Positions 28,501 to 37,686 of a DNA stretch of 52,060 nt are shown here, in pieces. Under the pieces are notes generated by a model that did no database searches, was not told the origin of the DNA, and worked only from the letters and a program-made list of their open reading frames with translations. This DNA is from Chthoniobacteraceae bacterium (lineage in GTDB: Bacteria > Verrucomicrobiota > Verrucomicrobiia > Chthoniobacterales > Chthoniobacteraceae). Where the stretch lies: the NCBI GenBank assembly GCA_040081625.1, contig JBEBGD010000031.1:1-52060 (forward strand), in the 5' to 3' direction. The position numbers and the translations under genes are program-made. Numbering within the stretch: the stretch's first letter is position 1; each line of letters begins with the position of its first letter.

Positions 28501-29096
28501 TCGAGGAACAGACCGTCGTCTTTGAAATTGTTCCGCCCGAGATTGCGCACCGTCTCGAACTTCTCCCGCAGCTCGTCCGCATTCAGCGCGAGCTGCATCC
28601 CGATGCCGCCGCCGCCCGCAGTGCTCTTGATCATCACGGGGAAGCCGATGCGCTCCGCCTCGACTACCGCTTCATCCACACTCGCGAGCAAGCCCGTGCC
28701 CGGCAGCAGCGGCACGCCGCACTTCTCCGCGATCTCGCGCGACGTGTGTTTCAAACCGAAGCGTCGAATCTGCTCGGCAGTCGGCCCGACGAACGCGATG
28801 CCCGCGCGCTCGCACGCGTCGGCGAACTCCGCGTTTTCGCTCAGGAAGCCGTAGCCCGGATGCACCGCTTCCGCGCCGGTCTGCTGCGCGACTTCGAGAA
28901 TGCGCGCCGCATTCAAGTAGCTCTCCCGAGCCGGCGCGGGGCCGATGCACACGGCTTCGTCAGCGAGGTTCACGTGCATCGCGTGACGATCCGCTTCGGA
29001 ATACACCGCGACCGATGCGACACCGAGACGACGCAAGGTGCGAATCACGCGACACGCGATCTCGCCACGATTGGCGATGAGGACTTTTTTAAACAT
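25506..29096 (-). CDS. uca: Urea/guanidine carboxylase (biotin carboxylase + carboxyltransferase + biotin carrier)
   Basis: [81 protein letters not shown] biotinyl site. Confidence 0.96.
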   Translation of the reverse strand: MFKKVLIANRGEIACRVIRTLRRLGVASVAVYSEADRHAMHVNLADEAVCIGPAPARESYLNAARILEVAQQTGAEAVHPGYGFLSENAEFADACERAGIAFVGPTAEQIRRFGLKHTSREIAEKCGVPLLPGTGLLASVDEAVVEAERIGFPVMIKSTAGGGGIGMQLALNADELREKFETVRNLGRNNFKDDGLFLEKFVTIARHVEVQIFGDGRGNVIALGERDCSTQRRNQKVIEETPAPGLSDEQRTALCDAAVKLGREVGYRSAGTVEFVFDVQAGAFYFLEVNTRLQVEHGVTEMVTGLDLVEWMLRVAAGEPPEFVAPTPSGSAIQVRIYAEDPGKNFQPSSGLLTEVVFPEGARCDHWIEPGTEVSPFYDPLIAKLMVHAETREAAIAKLGDALAATRIEGIETNRDYLQQVIASESFRRGDVFTAFLRDFPYRARTIEVLDGGTMTTVQDFPGRLGYWAVGVPPSGPMDSLSFRLGNRLLNNLEGAAGLEMTMTGATLRFNVTTTICLTGAEMSAKLDGQAVPYWQPVNVHAGQTLAIGAVNGPGARTYLTVRGGFDLPKILGSRSTFTLGQFGGHAGRALRVGDVLKLRNPDAPEIEGPSLPLELEPRLTHEWEIGVLYGPHGAPDFFTREDIEQFFATEWKVHFNSARTGVRLVGPKPQWARRDGGEAGLHPSNIHDNAYAIGAIDFTGDMPIILGPDGPSLGGFVCPAVIVQAELWKAGQLKSGDTVRFVALSAESSAELRRNQDTEIAQLAAQSHGTASPIAIPDDAALRRDPARDGLPGMVFRPQGDDYVLVEFGPNVLDFELRFRVHALMTWLEQQHVPGLIDLTPGMRSLQVHYDARKVGRKELLDLIARGEASLPPLDTLELPTRIVHLPLSWDDPATRHAIEKYTATVRPDAPWCPSNIEFIRRINGLDSIDDVKRIVFDASYLVLGLGDVYLGAPVAVPLDPRHRLVTTKYNPARTWTAENSVGIGGAYMCVYGMEGPGGYQFVGRTIQMWNRWRATSDFTKPWLLRFFDQIRFHEVSADELLRLREDFPQGRYQVRVDETAFRLRDYHEFLRSIDGEAAAFKATREAAFNAERERWSAAGLDKVEIEEAVEVAITEAAVQDGHFTARAPMPANVWQVLVQPGSRVVAGEKLVILEAMKMEIPVTAAEAGTVREILCAPGKQVAPGQALCVVEAAA

Positions 29097-29102
29097 TCCG
29101 CA

Positions 29103-29750
29103 TCAGTTCCAGATGAGCAGCCGCACGGGCGTCGGGTTGTAGGCGTTGCAGGGGTTGTTGAGCTGAGGGCAATTCGAGATCAACGCGATCACGTCCATCT
29201 CCGCGCGCATCTCCACGTAGCGACCGCCGGCGCTCACGCCATCGGCGAAGCACAGGCCGCCGTCGGGCGTCACGGGCACGTTCATGAAGAAGTTGATGTT
29301 GTGCGTGATGTCCGCCTTCGACGCGCCGCGGCCCCAGCGCAGCACTTGCAGCATGAAGGTGTCGCGGCACGCGTGCATCCAGCGCTTGTCGAGTGCGTAG
29401 CGGACTTGATTGCTCTCCGTCGCGCACGCGCCGCCAAGCGTGTCGTGTCGTCCGCAGGTGTCGGCGGTGATGGTGAGCAGGACGTTGCCTTCGCTCGACA
29501 TGAGCATCGTGCCGGTCGTGAGATAGATCGCGCGCTGCGCGCGGATCGTGTCCTGCGCGGAGTAGCGGTCGCTCATGTCGTGCGCGTTGTAGAAGATCGT
29601 GTCGGCGGCCTGGTTCCCTTCGAGATCGACGATGCGGAAGGTCTGGCCGCGTTTGATCTCGTGCATCCAGCCATCACCCGCGGGCAGCGTGAAGTCATAG
29701 ATCGCATCGGCGGGATCGAGCGGGCTCTCGGTGTAAAGCAGCGTGCTCAT
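29103..29750 (-). CDS. Urea carboxylase-associated protein 2 (DUF1989; carboxyguanidine deiminase CgdB-like)
   Basis: [50 protein letters not shown]. Confidence 0.9.
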   Translation of the reverse strand: MSTLLYTESPLDPADAIYDFTLPAGDGWMHEIKRGQTFRIVDLEGNQAADTIFYNAHDMSDRYSAQDTIRAQRAIYLTTGTMLMSSEGNVLLTITADTCGRHDTLGGACATESNQVRYALDKRWMHACRDTFMLQVLRWGRGASKADITHNINFFMNVPVTPDGGLCFADGVSAGGRYVEMRAEMDVIALISNCPQLNNPCNAYNPTPVRLLIWN

Positions 29751-30463
29751 CCGAGGTAGCGTTCAGTCAGGGTAAAGCTGCGCTGGTTTTCGCCGCGGAA
29801 GTTGCGGCAGAAGTCGTCCGCGGCGGGCGGCGGCGTTTTGAGCAGCGTGAGTTTGATCGGCTTCGGTGCGTAGATCGGAGTCGGGTCGAGCGGATGCTGG
29901 CAGTTGTTCAGCACGACGAGCACGTTCATCTCGGCGCGCAAATCGACGGTGTCGCCGGGCCTGGAGTTGCCCGCGTGAAATGCGAGCCGCCCTTCGTCGT
30001 CCGCGTCGAGGCGGCTGAAGAAGTTCACGTTCGCCGCGAGATCACGCGTGCCGAGGCCGTGTTTGCCGAGTTCGACGAGGAAGTTGTCGTGCGCGTTGCG
30101 ATACCAGTCGTTGCGTGCGGTCTGGTAATTCCTCACGCCATACTTCGCGCGCACGAGCGCGGCGTTGCCATGCCCGCCGAGTGGGTCGTGCCAGCCGCAC
30201 GAGTCGGCGGTGATCGACAGGAGTGCGCGGCCCATGTCGCTCATCAGCACGTGGCCGCGCGTGAGCTTGGCGGTGTATTGCGCCTTGAGCGTGTCGGGGA
30301 GGTTCAGTCGATCGGTCGGCGCGTCGGCGTTGTAGGACATCAATCCCACATTCGCGCCGCCATCGAGGTCGGTGAGGCGCAGCGTCGTGTGCCGCCGCAA
30401 GACCCACGACCAGAGGCCGCCGCCGGGGAGATGTTCTTCAAAGAGGATCGTTTCGGATGACAT
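29747..30463 (-). CDS. Urea carboxylase-associated protein 1 (DUF1989; CgdA-like)
   Basis: [46 protein letters not shown]. Confidence 0.9.
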   Translation of the reverse strand: MSSETILFEEHLPGGGLWSWVLRRHTTLRLTDLDGGANVGLMSYNADAPTDRLNLPDTLKAQYTAKLTRGHVLMSDMGRALLSITADSCGWHDPLGGHGNAALVRAKYGVRNYQTARNDWYRNAHDNFLVELGKHGLGTRDLAANVNFFSRLDADDEGRLAFHAGNSRPGDTVDLRAEMNVLVVLNNCQHPLDPTPIYAPKPIKLTLLKTPPPAADDFCRNFRGENQRSFTLTERYLG

Positions 30464-30476
30464 GGAAAAAGACCGC

Positions 30477-31370
30477 TCACTCCACTTCGTCACCGACCTC
30501 GGTGAGCTTGATGACGGGGATCTTGTCCTCTTCCTGCTCCGCGCTTGGCGCGTGGATGAGTTCGTCGAGGCGATGTTTCACGGCGAGGAATTCGGGCGAG
30601 AGGAATTGATCCACACTGCGCGGGCGCGGGACTGGATTCTCGATGATCTCGCGCACGCCGCCGGGATTCACGCCGAGCACGAGGATGCGGTCCGAGAGAT
30701 ACACGGCTTCGTCGAGGTCGTGGGTGATGAAGAGGATCGTCACATTCACCTTCTTCCAAATCTGCAGCAGGTAGCTCTGCATCTTGCAGCGTGTGAGTGC
30801 GTCGAGAGCGCCGAACGGCTCGTCCATGATGAGGATGCGCGGTTCGTTTGCGAGCGCGCGGGCGATGGCGACTCGTTGCTTCATGCCGCCGCTCAGTTCG
30901 TGCGGATAAGAATTCTCGACGCGCGACAAGCCGACCATGTCGAGCCACTGCCGCGCTTCTGCGTCAGCGGTGCCGGAGTCCTTGCCGCGCATTTCGAGAC
31001 CGAACATCACGTTCTCCTTCACCGTGCGCCACGGGAAGAGCGTGTAGCCTTGGAAGACCATGCCGCGGTCGGGGCTCGGGCCGGTGATCGGTTTTCCGTC
31101 GAGCAGCATTTCGCCGCTGGTTGCTTCGTCGAGGCCGGCGGCGATACGAATGAAGGTGGATTTTCCGCAGCCGCTCGGTCCGATGATCGTGACAAACTCG
31201 CGCCGCCGAATGTCGACCGATACGTGATCGAAGACGACGTGCCGGCTTCCATTCGTGCCGAATGCTTTCTCAAGTTCGCGCACGCTGAGCAGGACGGGGC
31301 GCTCGTTGATTTTTGAAAAGCGCGCGGCGACTTCGGGCGATTGTTCGCGGTAGTCGGGAAGTGCGAGCAT
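30477..31370 (-). CDS. ABC transporter ATP-binding protein (NitT/TauT type)
   Basis: GPSGCGKST, MVFQGYTLFPW, LSGGMKQRVAIARAL, MDEPFGALD, ITHDLDEA. Confidence 0.94.
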   Translation of the reverse strand: MLALPDYREQSPEVAARFSKINERPVLLSVRELEKAFGTNGSRHVVFDHVSVDIRRREFVTIIGPSGCGKSTFIRIAAGLDEATSGEMLLDGKPITGPSPDRGMVFQGYTLFPWRTVKENVMFGLEMRGKDSGTADAEARQWLDMVGLSRVENSYPHELSGGMKQRVAIARALANEPRILIMDEPFGALDALTRCKMQSYLLQIWKKVNVTILFITHDLDEAVYLSDRILVLGVNPGGVREIIENPVPRPRSVDQFLSPEFLAVKHRLDELIHAPSAEQEEDKIPVIKLTEVGDEVE

Positions 31371-32425
31371 CAGGCTTTGGCAAGCGCTGCCATCGCGCGT
31401 GGGTTGGGTGGTTCCTTGCGCCAGGCGGAGCCGGGCTCGCGCATCCATTCGATGAGCGACTTTCCGCGAGCGAGGCGACGCTTCCATGGAAAGAGGACCC
31501 TGCCGAACGCAGCGAGCAGAATGTCGCTGCTGAGACCGATGATGCCGATCATAAAGATCGCGGCATAGACGTTGTCGAAGTTCCGATACCGCGCCTGCTG
31601 GTTGATGAAATACGTGATGCCCGACATCGTGCCGACGACTTCCGCGACGATGAGGTAAGTCCACGCCCAACCGAGCAGGATGCGCATGTCGGTGTAGATG
31701 TCGGTGATCGCCGCGGGAATCACGACGCGTCGCACGAGATTCCAGCCTCGCGCGCCAAGCGTCTGCGCGGCTTCGATCAGCGCGGGATCGACTTTGCGCA
31801 CGGTGTTCCCGATCACGAGCACCTGCTGGAAGAACGTGCCGATGACGATGATCGCGACCTTCGGTGCGTCGTCGATGCCGAGGACCGCGACGCATAGTGC
31901 GCCGAACGCGGGCGCGGGCAGGTAACGGAAGAACTCGACGAATGGCTCCTGCAGCTTCGAGAAGAAGCGATACGTGCCGCACAGGATGCCGAGCGGCACG
32001 CCGATGAGCGACGAGAGCAGGAATCCCCAGACGATCGTGCGGATCGAGTGGCCGAGGCTCTCATGCAGCCACGGTTCGCCGGGCAGACGCGGTGGTGTTT
32101 TGAATGCGGTGACGAATGCTTTGGCGACATTGTGCGGAGCGGGGAGATAGACGGGATTGACGCGATAGCCCTGCGGCGGCGCGACGCCAGCAGCCTTGGT
32201 CTTTTCGACTTCCTTCGCGAAGTCGGCGCGCTGCACGTCCATGTCCTCGGTCATCCACTCGCTCTCGCCGGAATCGGTGATGCGGACGAGCGGATGCCAG
32301 ATCCACGGCGTGTAGCTGACCACGGCCCACAGCGCGAAAGGCAGGACGAAAGACAGGATCGTGAGCACCGCATTTCGGCGGGGCGGCAAGTCTTGTTTCA
32401 GTCCGAGCCAGTCGCGTGTGGCCAT
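31370..32425 (-). CDS. ABC transporter permease (NitT/TauT type)
   Basis: YLPAPHNV, EFFRYLPAPAFG, EAA loop LIEAAQTLGA, LGWAWTYLIVAE. Confidence 0.92.
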   Translation of the reverse strand: MATRDWLGLKQDLPPRRNAVLTILSFVLPFALWAVVSYTPWIWHPLVRITDSGESEWMTEDMDVQRADFAKEVEKTKAAGVAPPQGYRVNPVYLPAPHNVAKAFVTAFKTPPRLPGEPWLHESLGHSIRTIVWGFLLSSLIGVPLGILCGTYRFFSKLQEPFVEFFRYLPAPAFGALCVAVLGIDDAPKVAIIVIGTFFQQVLVIGNTVRKVDPALIEAAQTLGARGWNLVRRVVIPAAITDIYTDMRILLGWAWTYLIVAEVVGTMSGITYFINQQARYRNFDNVYAAIFMIGIIGLSSDILLAAFGRVLFPWKRRLARGKSLIEWMREPGSAWRKEPPNPRAMAALAKA

Positions 32426-32443
32426 GCGGTCAGCGCGAACGAA

Positions 32444-33406
32444 TCACTTCATGTCGAGCACGATGCTCGGCGCGATGTAGCCCGTGGCTTTTTGCGCGGT
32501 CTTATAGACTTTGTTGTCCATCGCGAACTTGTCCGAGATCGCCATCGAGCCGTAGAGCGAATCGAGTCCGTCGCCTTTTTTCAGCGCGGCTTTGGCTTCC
32601 TTCAGCGTGAGGAAGTGGGTGCCGGGGATGTTTTTCTTATACTCGTCGGCTGGTGCGCCGACCTTCGCGGCCATGATGCTGATGGCGTCGTCGGCAGTCT
32701 TCGGATCGAGGATGTAATCGACGCACTTGTAAAAGGTCGCGACGACTTTCTCCCAGTCGCTCTTCCGGTTGGCGAGGCTTGCCGGGCTGACGGCGAGCAC
32801 GTCGTAGATGAGACCCTTCGCATCGGCGCTCGTGTAGAGCGCTTTCGATCCGGCGACTTGTTTCAAGGCCTGGCTGGAGACGGGATACCACGCGCCGACG
32901 GCGGCGACCTTGCCGGTGGCGAGCACCTGCGGCGTGTCGTTGGTGGGCGTGTTCACCAGCTCGACGTCGCTCTGTTTCATGCCGACGGACTTTAGGCCGT
33001 GCAGCAGCAGCAGGTGTTCGACAAGCGTGAGTTCGAGGCCGACCTTCTGGCCCTTGAGCGCCTTGAGCGAATCCACGCCGGGCTTGCCGATGATCATGTC
33101 GTTGCCGTCGGAGTAATCGAGCAGCGCGATGAACTTGCTCTTCCCGCCGTTCGCGCCGGTCACGAGCATATCGGCGGCGACCGCGGTGACGGCATCGACC
33201 TTGCCCGCAGCGAATGCGTCCATCGACGGGAGGTAGTCGAACCACAGCAGCTCGACTTCGACGCCGGCGTCCTTGAACCAACCCTTTTGCTTCGCGACCT
33301 CGAGGATCGTGAAGCCGGGCCAGTCGGAGTAGGCGATCTTGAGCGGTTCGGCGTGGAGCGTCATCGCGAGAGCGGTGAACGCGAGCATTAGTGATTTCAG
33401 TTTCAT
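32444..33406 (-). CDS. ABC transporter substrate-binding protein (NMT1/SsuA-like)
   Basis: Signal ending LHA; LKIAYSDWPG, WFDY..SMDAF, DYSDGND, AWYP. Confidence 0.9.
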   Translation of the reverse strand: MKLKSLMLAFTALAMTLHAEPLKIAYSDWPGFTILEVAKQKGWFKDAGVEVELLWFDYLPSMDAFAAGKVDAVTAVAADMLVTGANGGKSKFIALLDYSDGNDMIIGKPGVDSLKALKGQKVGLELTLVEHLLLLHGLKSVGMKQSDVELVNTPTNDTPQVLATGKVAAVGAWYPVSSQALKQVAGSKALYTSADAKGLIYDVLAVSPASLANRKSDWEKVVATFYKCVDYILDPKTADDAISIMAAKVGAPADEYKKNIPGTHFLTLKEAKAALKKGDGLDSLYGSMAISDKFAMDNKVYKTAQKATGYIAPSIVLDMK

Positions 33407-33509
33407 GTTGGCTGGTTGGTTTTGGGTCAGGTGAGAGTGGCGTGTTCGCGATTGCGCATTCGGCGGCGACGCGCGTGGAAATGCGGCGCGGGGTGGGCGC
33501 GCGCTCCTT

Positions 33510-33525
33510 AGCAACGCGGGTGCCA
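33510..33525 (-). promoter_or_regulatory. Sigma-54 (-24/-12) promoter of the ABC-cgd-uca-atzF operon
   Basis: Minus strand TGGCACCCGCGTTGCT matches TGGCAC-N5-TTGCW with exact GG-N10-GC spacing, about 100 nt upstream of the first ATG. Confidence 0.8.
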
Positions 33526-33706
33526 TCTGCACTTTTGTCCGCATTTCCAGAAGGCGCCGCCGCGGTGTTCGGAAATGTGCTGTGCAAAGCGGCGCACCTT
33601 GGCAAAAAAGCACCAGCGTCGTGATTCGCCGCGATTCTTCGCTCGCGGGCCGGGCGGGAGCGCGCAATGCTCCGCGCGCTTTGCGCTCGATCCGTCTCCG
33701 ACTCGC

Positions 33707-35533
33707 ATGAACATCTCCTCGACCATTCCCGGCCAGTCTGCCGGAGGGACGCGCGTGACGGCGGCGCAATCCGACTCCGGGACGCAGCAACTCCATTCGC
33801 ACCTCGCCGCGCTGGCGGAGGCGGGTGAATCGGCGACGCGGGGATTGCTCGAGTTCGTGCGGCTGATCGTGCAGGCGCGCGCGGTGGCGTTGCTGCCTGT
33901 CGGCGGAGCGGCTGCGCGGGACGCGTGCGTCGTGACGACGCGGGATTTGCCAGCGGCTGCCGTCATGTCGGCGTCGGCCGGGTTGCGCGGTCATGCGCTC
34001 GTCGTTCAGTCAGCGCCGGAACTCGGTGCGGACTCGACGCTCATCGGCGTGCCGCTCGTGCGCGATCAAGTCGAGCGGGCGTGGCTGGTGACGATTCTCG
34101 GCACGGCGAATGCGCGCGAGCTTCCCGGCATCGCTGCGCTGCTTCAGGCGATTGCGGGCTTTCTTCTCTACCGCGAGGAGCGGCGCGCGAGCACGGAGCT
34201 GGAAAGCGTCGTCGAGCGGATGTCGGCGCTGCTCGAAGTGCTACGGCGCGTCGGCGCGGAGGAGGACTTCGGGAAGGTGTGCCGCGTCGCGGTGGATGAA
34301 GTGCGCGCCTATCTCGGCTGCAAGCGCGTGGTGCTCGGGCTGGCACGTTCCGGCGCGTTGCACGTGCGCGCGATCTCCGGTGTCGCGCGGGTGGATGCGA
34401 AGAGCCCGGCGCATCAGCCGGTCGAGGCCGCGATGCGCGAGGCGATGCGGGCCGGGCAGCGTGTGGACTTCCGCGGGGGTGAGGCGAAAACTGCCGACAC
34501 GCTCGCGCATGAGATGCTCGCGATCGAAACCGGCGCGGCGTGGCTGGTGACGCTGCCGCTTCCCGCCGGACGCGGCGCGGTGGTGCTCGAATGGGAGGCG
34601 GAGCCCGATGCCGCGAGTGCGCGGCTGGTCGATGCGACCGCGCCGTTCGTGCCTCCGCTGTTCGATCTCGTCGTCCGTGCGCGGCCGAATCCCGCGATCT
34701 TCGCGGCGCGGCGCTGGTGGCGCGACTCGAGCGACGGGCGACGGCGTCTGGCGCTCGGCTGTAGTGTGGCGCTGGTAGCGCTGATGGCGTGGCCGTTTCA
34801 CTACCGGATCGGCGCCGACTGTCGGCTCGCGCCGACGGTGAAGCGCGTGATCGCGGCGCCGTTCGAGGGACAACTCAGCAAGAGCCACGTGCAGCCGGGG
34901 GATCGCGTGATCGAGGGGCAGACGCTCGCGGAGATGGACAATCGCGACGTGCGTCTGCGCGAGGCGGAGCTGCTCGCCGCGCGCGAGCGGGCGATCAAGC
35001 AGCGCGACCGGGCGATGAGCAACACGGGTGAGGGCGCGGACTTCGCCGCCGCGCAGGTCGCCGAGTATGAGGCGCGCAGCGTGGGCGAGGAGCTCGCTCT
35101 CGTGCAGCGGAAGATCTCGCTGCTCGAGGTGAAGACGCCGCTCGCCGGCATCGTGCTCAGTGGCGACCTGCGCCGCGACGAAGGCCGGCCGGTGCAGCAG
35201 GGGCAGGTGCTCTTCGAGGTCGCGCCGCTCGAGGAGATGATCGTCGAAGTCGAGGTGCCGGATCACGAGATCAGCCGCGTGCGCGTCGGGATGCCGGTGA
35301 CGTTTCGGCTCGAGGCCGGCGGCAGCCGCGAGAGCCGCGTCGGGCGCGTGCATCCTCAAAGCGAGCCGCGCGACGGGCGCAATGTTTTCATCTGCGAGGC
35401 GGAGATCTCGAACGACGCCGACCTTCGCCCCGGGATGCGCGGACGCGCGAAGATCGAGAGCGATCGCCGCCCGCTCGTGTGGATCCTCGGGCACCGGCTC
35501 TGGGAGTGGATCGTGACGACATTGCTGTGGTGA
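33707..35533 (+). CDS. GAF-like domain + HlyD-type membrane fusion (periplasmic adaptor) protein
   Basis: N-terminal GAF-like regions (LGCKRVVLG...RAISG...AAMREA); TM LALGCSVALVALMAWPF; IAAPFEG..HVQPGDRV.EGQ.LA, coiled coil, TPLAGIV...GRPVQQGQVLFEVAPL, LRPGMRGRAKI. Confidence 0.85.
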   Translation: MNISSTIPGQSAGGTRVTAAQSDSGTQQLHSHLAALAEAGESATRGLLEFVRLIVQARAVALLPVGGAAARDACVVTTRDLPAAAVMSASAGLRGHALVVQSAPELGADSTLIGVPLVRDQVERAWLVTILGTANARELPGIAALLQAIAGFLLYREERRASTELESVVERMSALLEVLRRVGAEEDFGKVCRVAVDEVRAYLGCKRVVLGLARSGALHVRAISGVARVDAKSPAHQPVEAAMREAMRAGQRVDFRGGEAKTADTLAHEMLAIETGAAWLVTLPLPAGRGAVVLEWEAEPDAASARLVDATAPFVPPLFDLVVRARPNPAIFAARRWWRDSSDGRRRLALGCSVALVALMAWPFHYRIGADCRLAPTVKRVIAAPFEGQLSKSHVQPGDRVIEGQTLAEMDNRDVRLREAELLAARERAIKQRDRAMSNTGEGADFAAAQVAEYEARSVGEELALVQRKISLLEVKTPLAGIVLSGDLRRDEGRPVQQGQVLFEVAPLEEMIVEVEVPDHEISRVRVGMPVTFRLEAGGSRESRVGRVHPQSEPRDGRNVFICEAEISNDADLRPGMRGRAKIESDRRPLVWILGHRLWEWIVTTLLW

Positions 35534-37686
35534 ACACCGAGAACTTCAACGTGCGCGAGGCCGAGGGCCTGCGTCCGCGACTGCGCGAAGGGCTCCACTT
35601 CTCGCTGCGCGAGGAACGCAGTGGCCCGGTCTGCCTCATCGAAGACACGAGCGGCGCGCGCTATCACCGCGTCGGTGTTGTGGAGTATCGCTTCCTGCGC
35701 GGGCTCGATGGCACGCGCACGGTCGCGACGGTGCTCGCGCAACTCGCGCGCGCCGGCGGCACCGATGCGCTCACCGAGCACGAGGCGCTGCAGGTGATCG
35801 ACTGGGCGCGCGGCCAGCATCTGCTCTCGCTCGACAGCGGGCGCGGCGGCAATTCGCGCGCGCATGATGAGCAGGTGATGCGCACGGCGGCGACGTGGTT
35901 GAATCCGCTTATCGTCCGGATTCCGCTCGGGCGGCCGGACGCATTCTTCGCGCGCGTCGCGCCGCGCCTCGGCTGGGCGCTCGGCCTGGCGGGGCTGGCG
36001 GTGTGGGTGATCGTGCTGTTCGTGGGCGCGGCGCATCTCGCGACGGAATGGCCGCGATTCACGCGCGGGTTCGACGGGATGCTTGCGCGCGACAACTGGC
36101 TGTGGCTTTTCGTGGCGTTCGCGGGGCTGAAGGTCGCGCACGAGTTTGCGCACGGCTTGTGGTGCCGGCACTTCGGCGCGCCGGTGCGCGAGATCGGCGT
36201 CATGCTCATCCTCGGCCTGCCGCTCGGCTATGTGGATGCGACGGCGAGCATCGGGCTCGCGTCGAAATGGCGGCGCATCATGGTGTCGGTCGCGGGGATG
36301 TGGATGGAGTTCTTCATCGCGGCGATTGCGGCTATCGTGTGGGCTCATGCCGGGTCGGGGCAGTTGGAAAACTTCGCGCACAATGTCGTCTTCGCGGGCA
36401 CGGCAGTGACGCTCTTCTTCAACGCGAATCCGCTGATGCGTTTCGACGGCTACTTCATCCTCGCCGATCTGCTCGAGGTGCCGAATCTCGCGACGCGGGG
36501 CCGGCAATGGGTGCAGCGCGCGCTGTCGTGGCTGGCGATCGGCGCGCGGGATTTGAAGCCGGCGTTGCCGCGTTCGCGTGAGCTGTGGATCGTGGCGATC
36601 TACGGCGTGGCGGCGTGGCTGTGGCAGTTCATCGTGCTTGCGTCGCTGATTGCCGGCGCGACTTCGCTGCTGCGCGGCGGCGGTCTTTTGCTCGCGGCGA
36701 TGGCGATCGTCGCGTGGGTCGCGCTGCCGCTGTGGCAGTTCGCGACGCGGCTCGCGCAAAGTGCGCGCGGCCATTCGGGCGCGTTGATCGTGCGTGCGAT
36801 GATCGTCGCTGGGCTGTGTGTCGCGGTGGGGATGGCGCGGTTTCATCGCACGGTCGCAGCGGCGGGCGTCGTGGAGTTTGCGGACACGCAGATGCTGCGG
36901 GTCGAGTGTCCGGGCTTCGTCGAGGAAGTGCTCGTCGAGGATGGCGCGACGGTCGTGGCGGGGCAGGTGTTGATGCGGCTGCGAAATCCCGAGGCGGAGT
37001 CGGCGCTGGTCCGTGCGAGGCTGGCGCTCGAGCAGGAGGAGTTGCGCGCACGGGTGGCTTACACGCGCGAAGACGTGGCGACCTTTCAGGCACAGGAGGC
37101 GAAGGTCGCGTCCCGCCGCGAGACGGTCGCGCAGAACGAGAGCTACGTTGGGACGCTGACGATTCGCGCGCCGTTCGCCGGTCGCATCGCCGCGCGGCGG
37201 CTCGCGCAATTGTCCGGATCGTTTTTGCAGAAAGGCGAGGAGGCGCTTCGCATCGGCGCGGCGGGCGCGAGCGATGTGAAGGTGGCGGTGACGCAGGATC
37301 AGGAGCCGCATCTGCGCGGCGCGGTGAATGCCGCGGTGCGCGTAAAAGTGGCCGGGCGCGCGGGTTCGCTGCCCGGGACCCTCACGCGCATGGAAGCACG
37401 AGCGGGGCGCGAGATCGCGCTCCCGGCGCTGAGCGCGCTCGCCGGCGGACCGCTCGCCGTGCGGCGCGCTGAGCAGCAGCGCCCCGGCGAGCCGGGCTAC
37501 GAATTGGTCGAGCCGCATTTTCTAGCGACAGTTCGGATCGGGGGTGAGCAGACGCTTCTGCCGGGCGAGACGGCGCGCGTGAAGCTCACGAGCGCGCGCA
37601 GCGTGACGCCGTGGTCGGAGTTTCAGCGGATGTTCGCCCGCTGGTGGCGGCGCGCTGCCGGCCGGCGCGGCGACGGGACCGGGTGA
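35530..37686 (+). CDS. PqqD/RRE-like domain + M50 zinc metalloprotease + HlyD-type adaptor fusion
   Basis: N-terminal LDGTRTVATVLAQL winged-helix signature; AHEFAH (HExxH) and NANPLMRFDGY (NxxPxxxxDG) of M50; multiple TMs; C-terminal PGFVEEVLVEDGATVVAGQVL...IRAPFAG; GTG start overlaps upstream stop. Confidence 0.88.
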   Translation: MNTENFNVREAEGLRPRLREGLHFSLREERSGPVCLIEDTSGARYHRVGVVEYRFLRGLDGTRTVATVLAQLARAGGTDALTEHEALQVIDWARGQHLLSLDSGRGGNSRAHDEQVMRTAATWLNPLIVRIPLGRPDAFFARVAPRLGWALGLAGLAVWVIVLFVGAAHLATEWPRFTRGFDGMLARDNWLWLFVAFAGLKVAHEFAHGLWCRHFGAPVREIGVMLILGLPLGYVDATASIGLASKWRRIMVSVAGMWMEFFIAAIAAIVWAHAGSGQLENFAHNVVFAGTAVTLFFNANPLMRFDGYFILADLLEVPNLATRGRQWVQRALSWLAIGARDLKPALPRSRELWIVAIYGVAAWLWQFIVLASLIAGATSLLRGGGLLLAAMAIVAWVALPLWQFATRLAQSARGHSGALIVRAMIVAGLCVAVGMARFHRTVAAAGVVEFADTQMLRVECPGFVEEVLVEDGATVVAGQVLMRLRNPEAESALVRARLALEQEELRARVAYTREDVATFQAQEAKVASRRETVAQNESYVGTLTIRAPFAGRIAARRLAQLSGSFLQKGEEALRIGAAGASDVKVAVTQDQEPHLRGAVNAAVRVKVAGRAGSLPGTLTRMEARAGREIALPALSALAGGPLAVRRAEQQRPGEPGYELVEPHFLATVRIGGEQTLLPGETARVKLTSARSVTPWSEFQRMFARWWRRAAGRRGDGTG

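Noticed and set aside
27474..29759. 761-aa plus-strand ORF and similar long antisense ORFs (2282..3820, 21998..23650, 35356..37518, 38364..39956)
   Set aside because: They lie opposite well-supported genes, have low-complexity Arg-rich translations, and are expected in high-GC DNA
33407..33509. Guanidine riboswitch upstream of the carboxylase operon
   Set aside because: No class I, II or III consensus elements visible by eye; a cmscan run is needed for certainty
33528..33615. NtrC-like boxes (tgcac...gca, gcacc repeats) upstream of the sigma-54 site
   Set aside because: Spacing and symmetry do not fit TGCACC-N5-GGTGCA well enough to call
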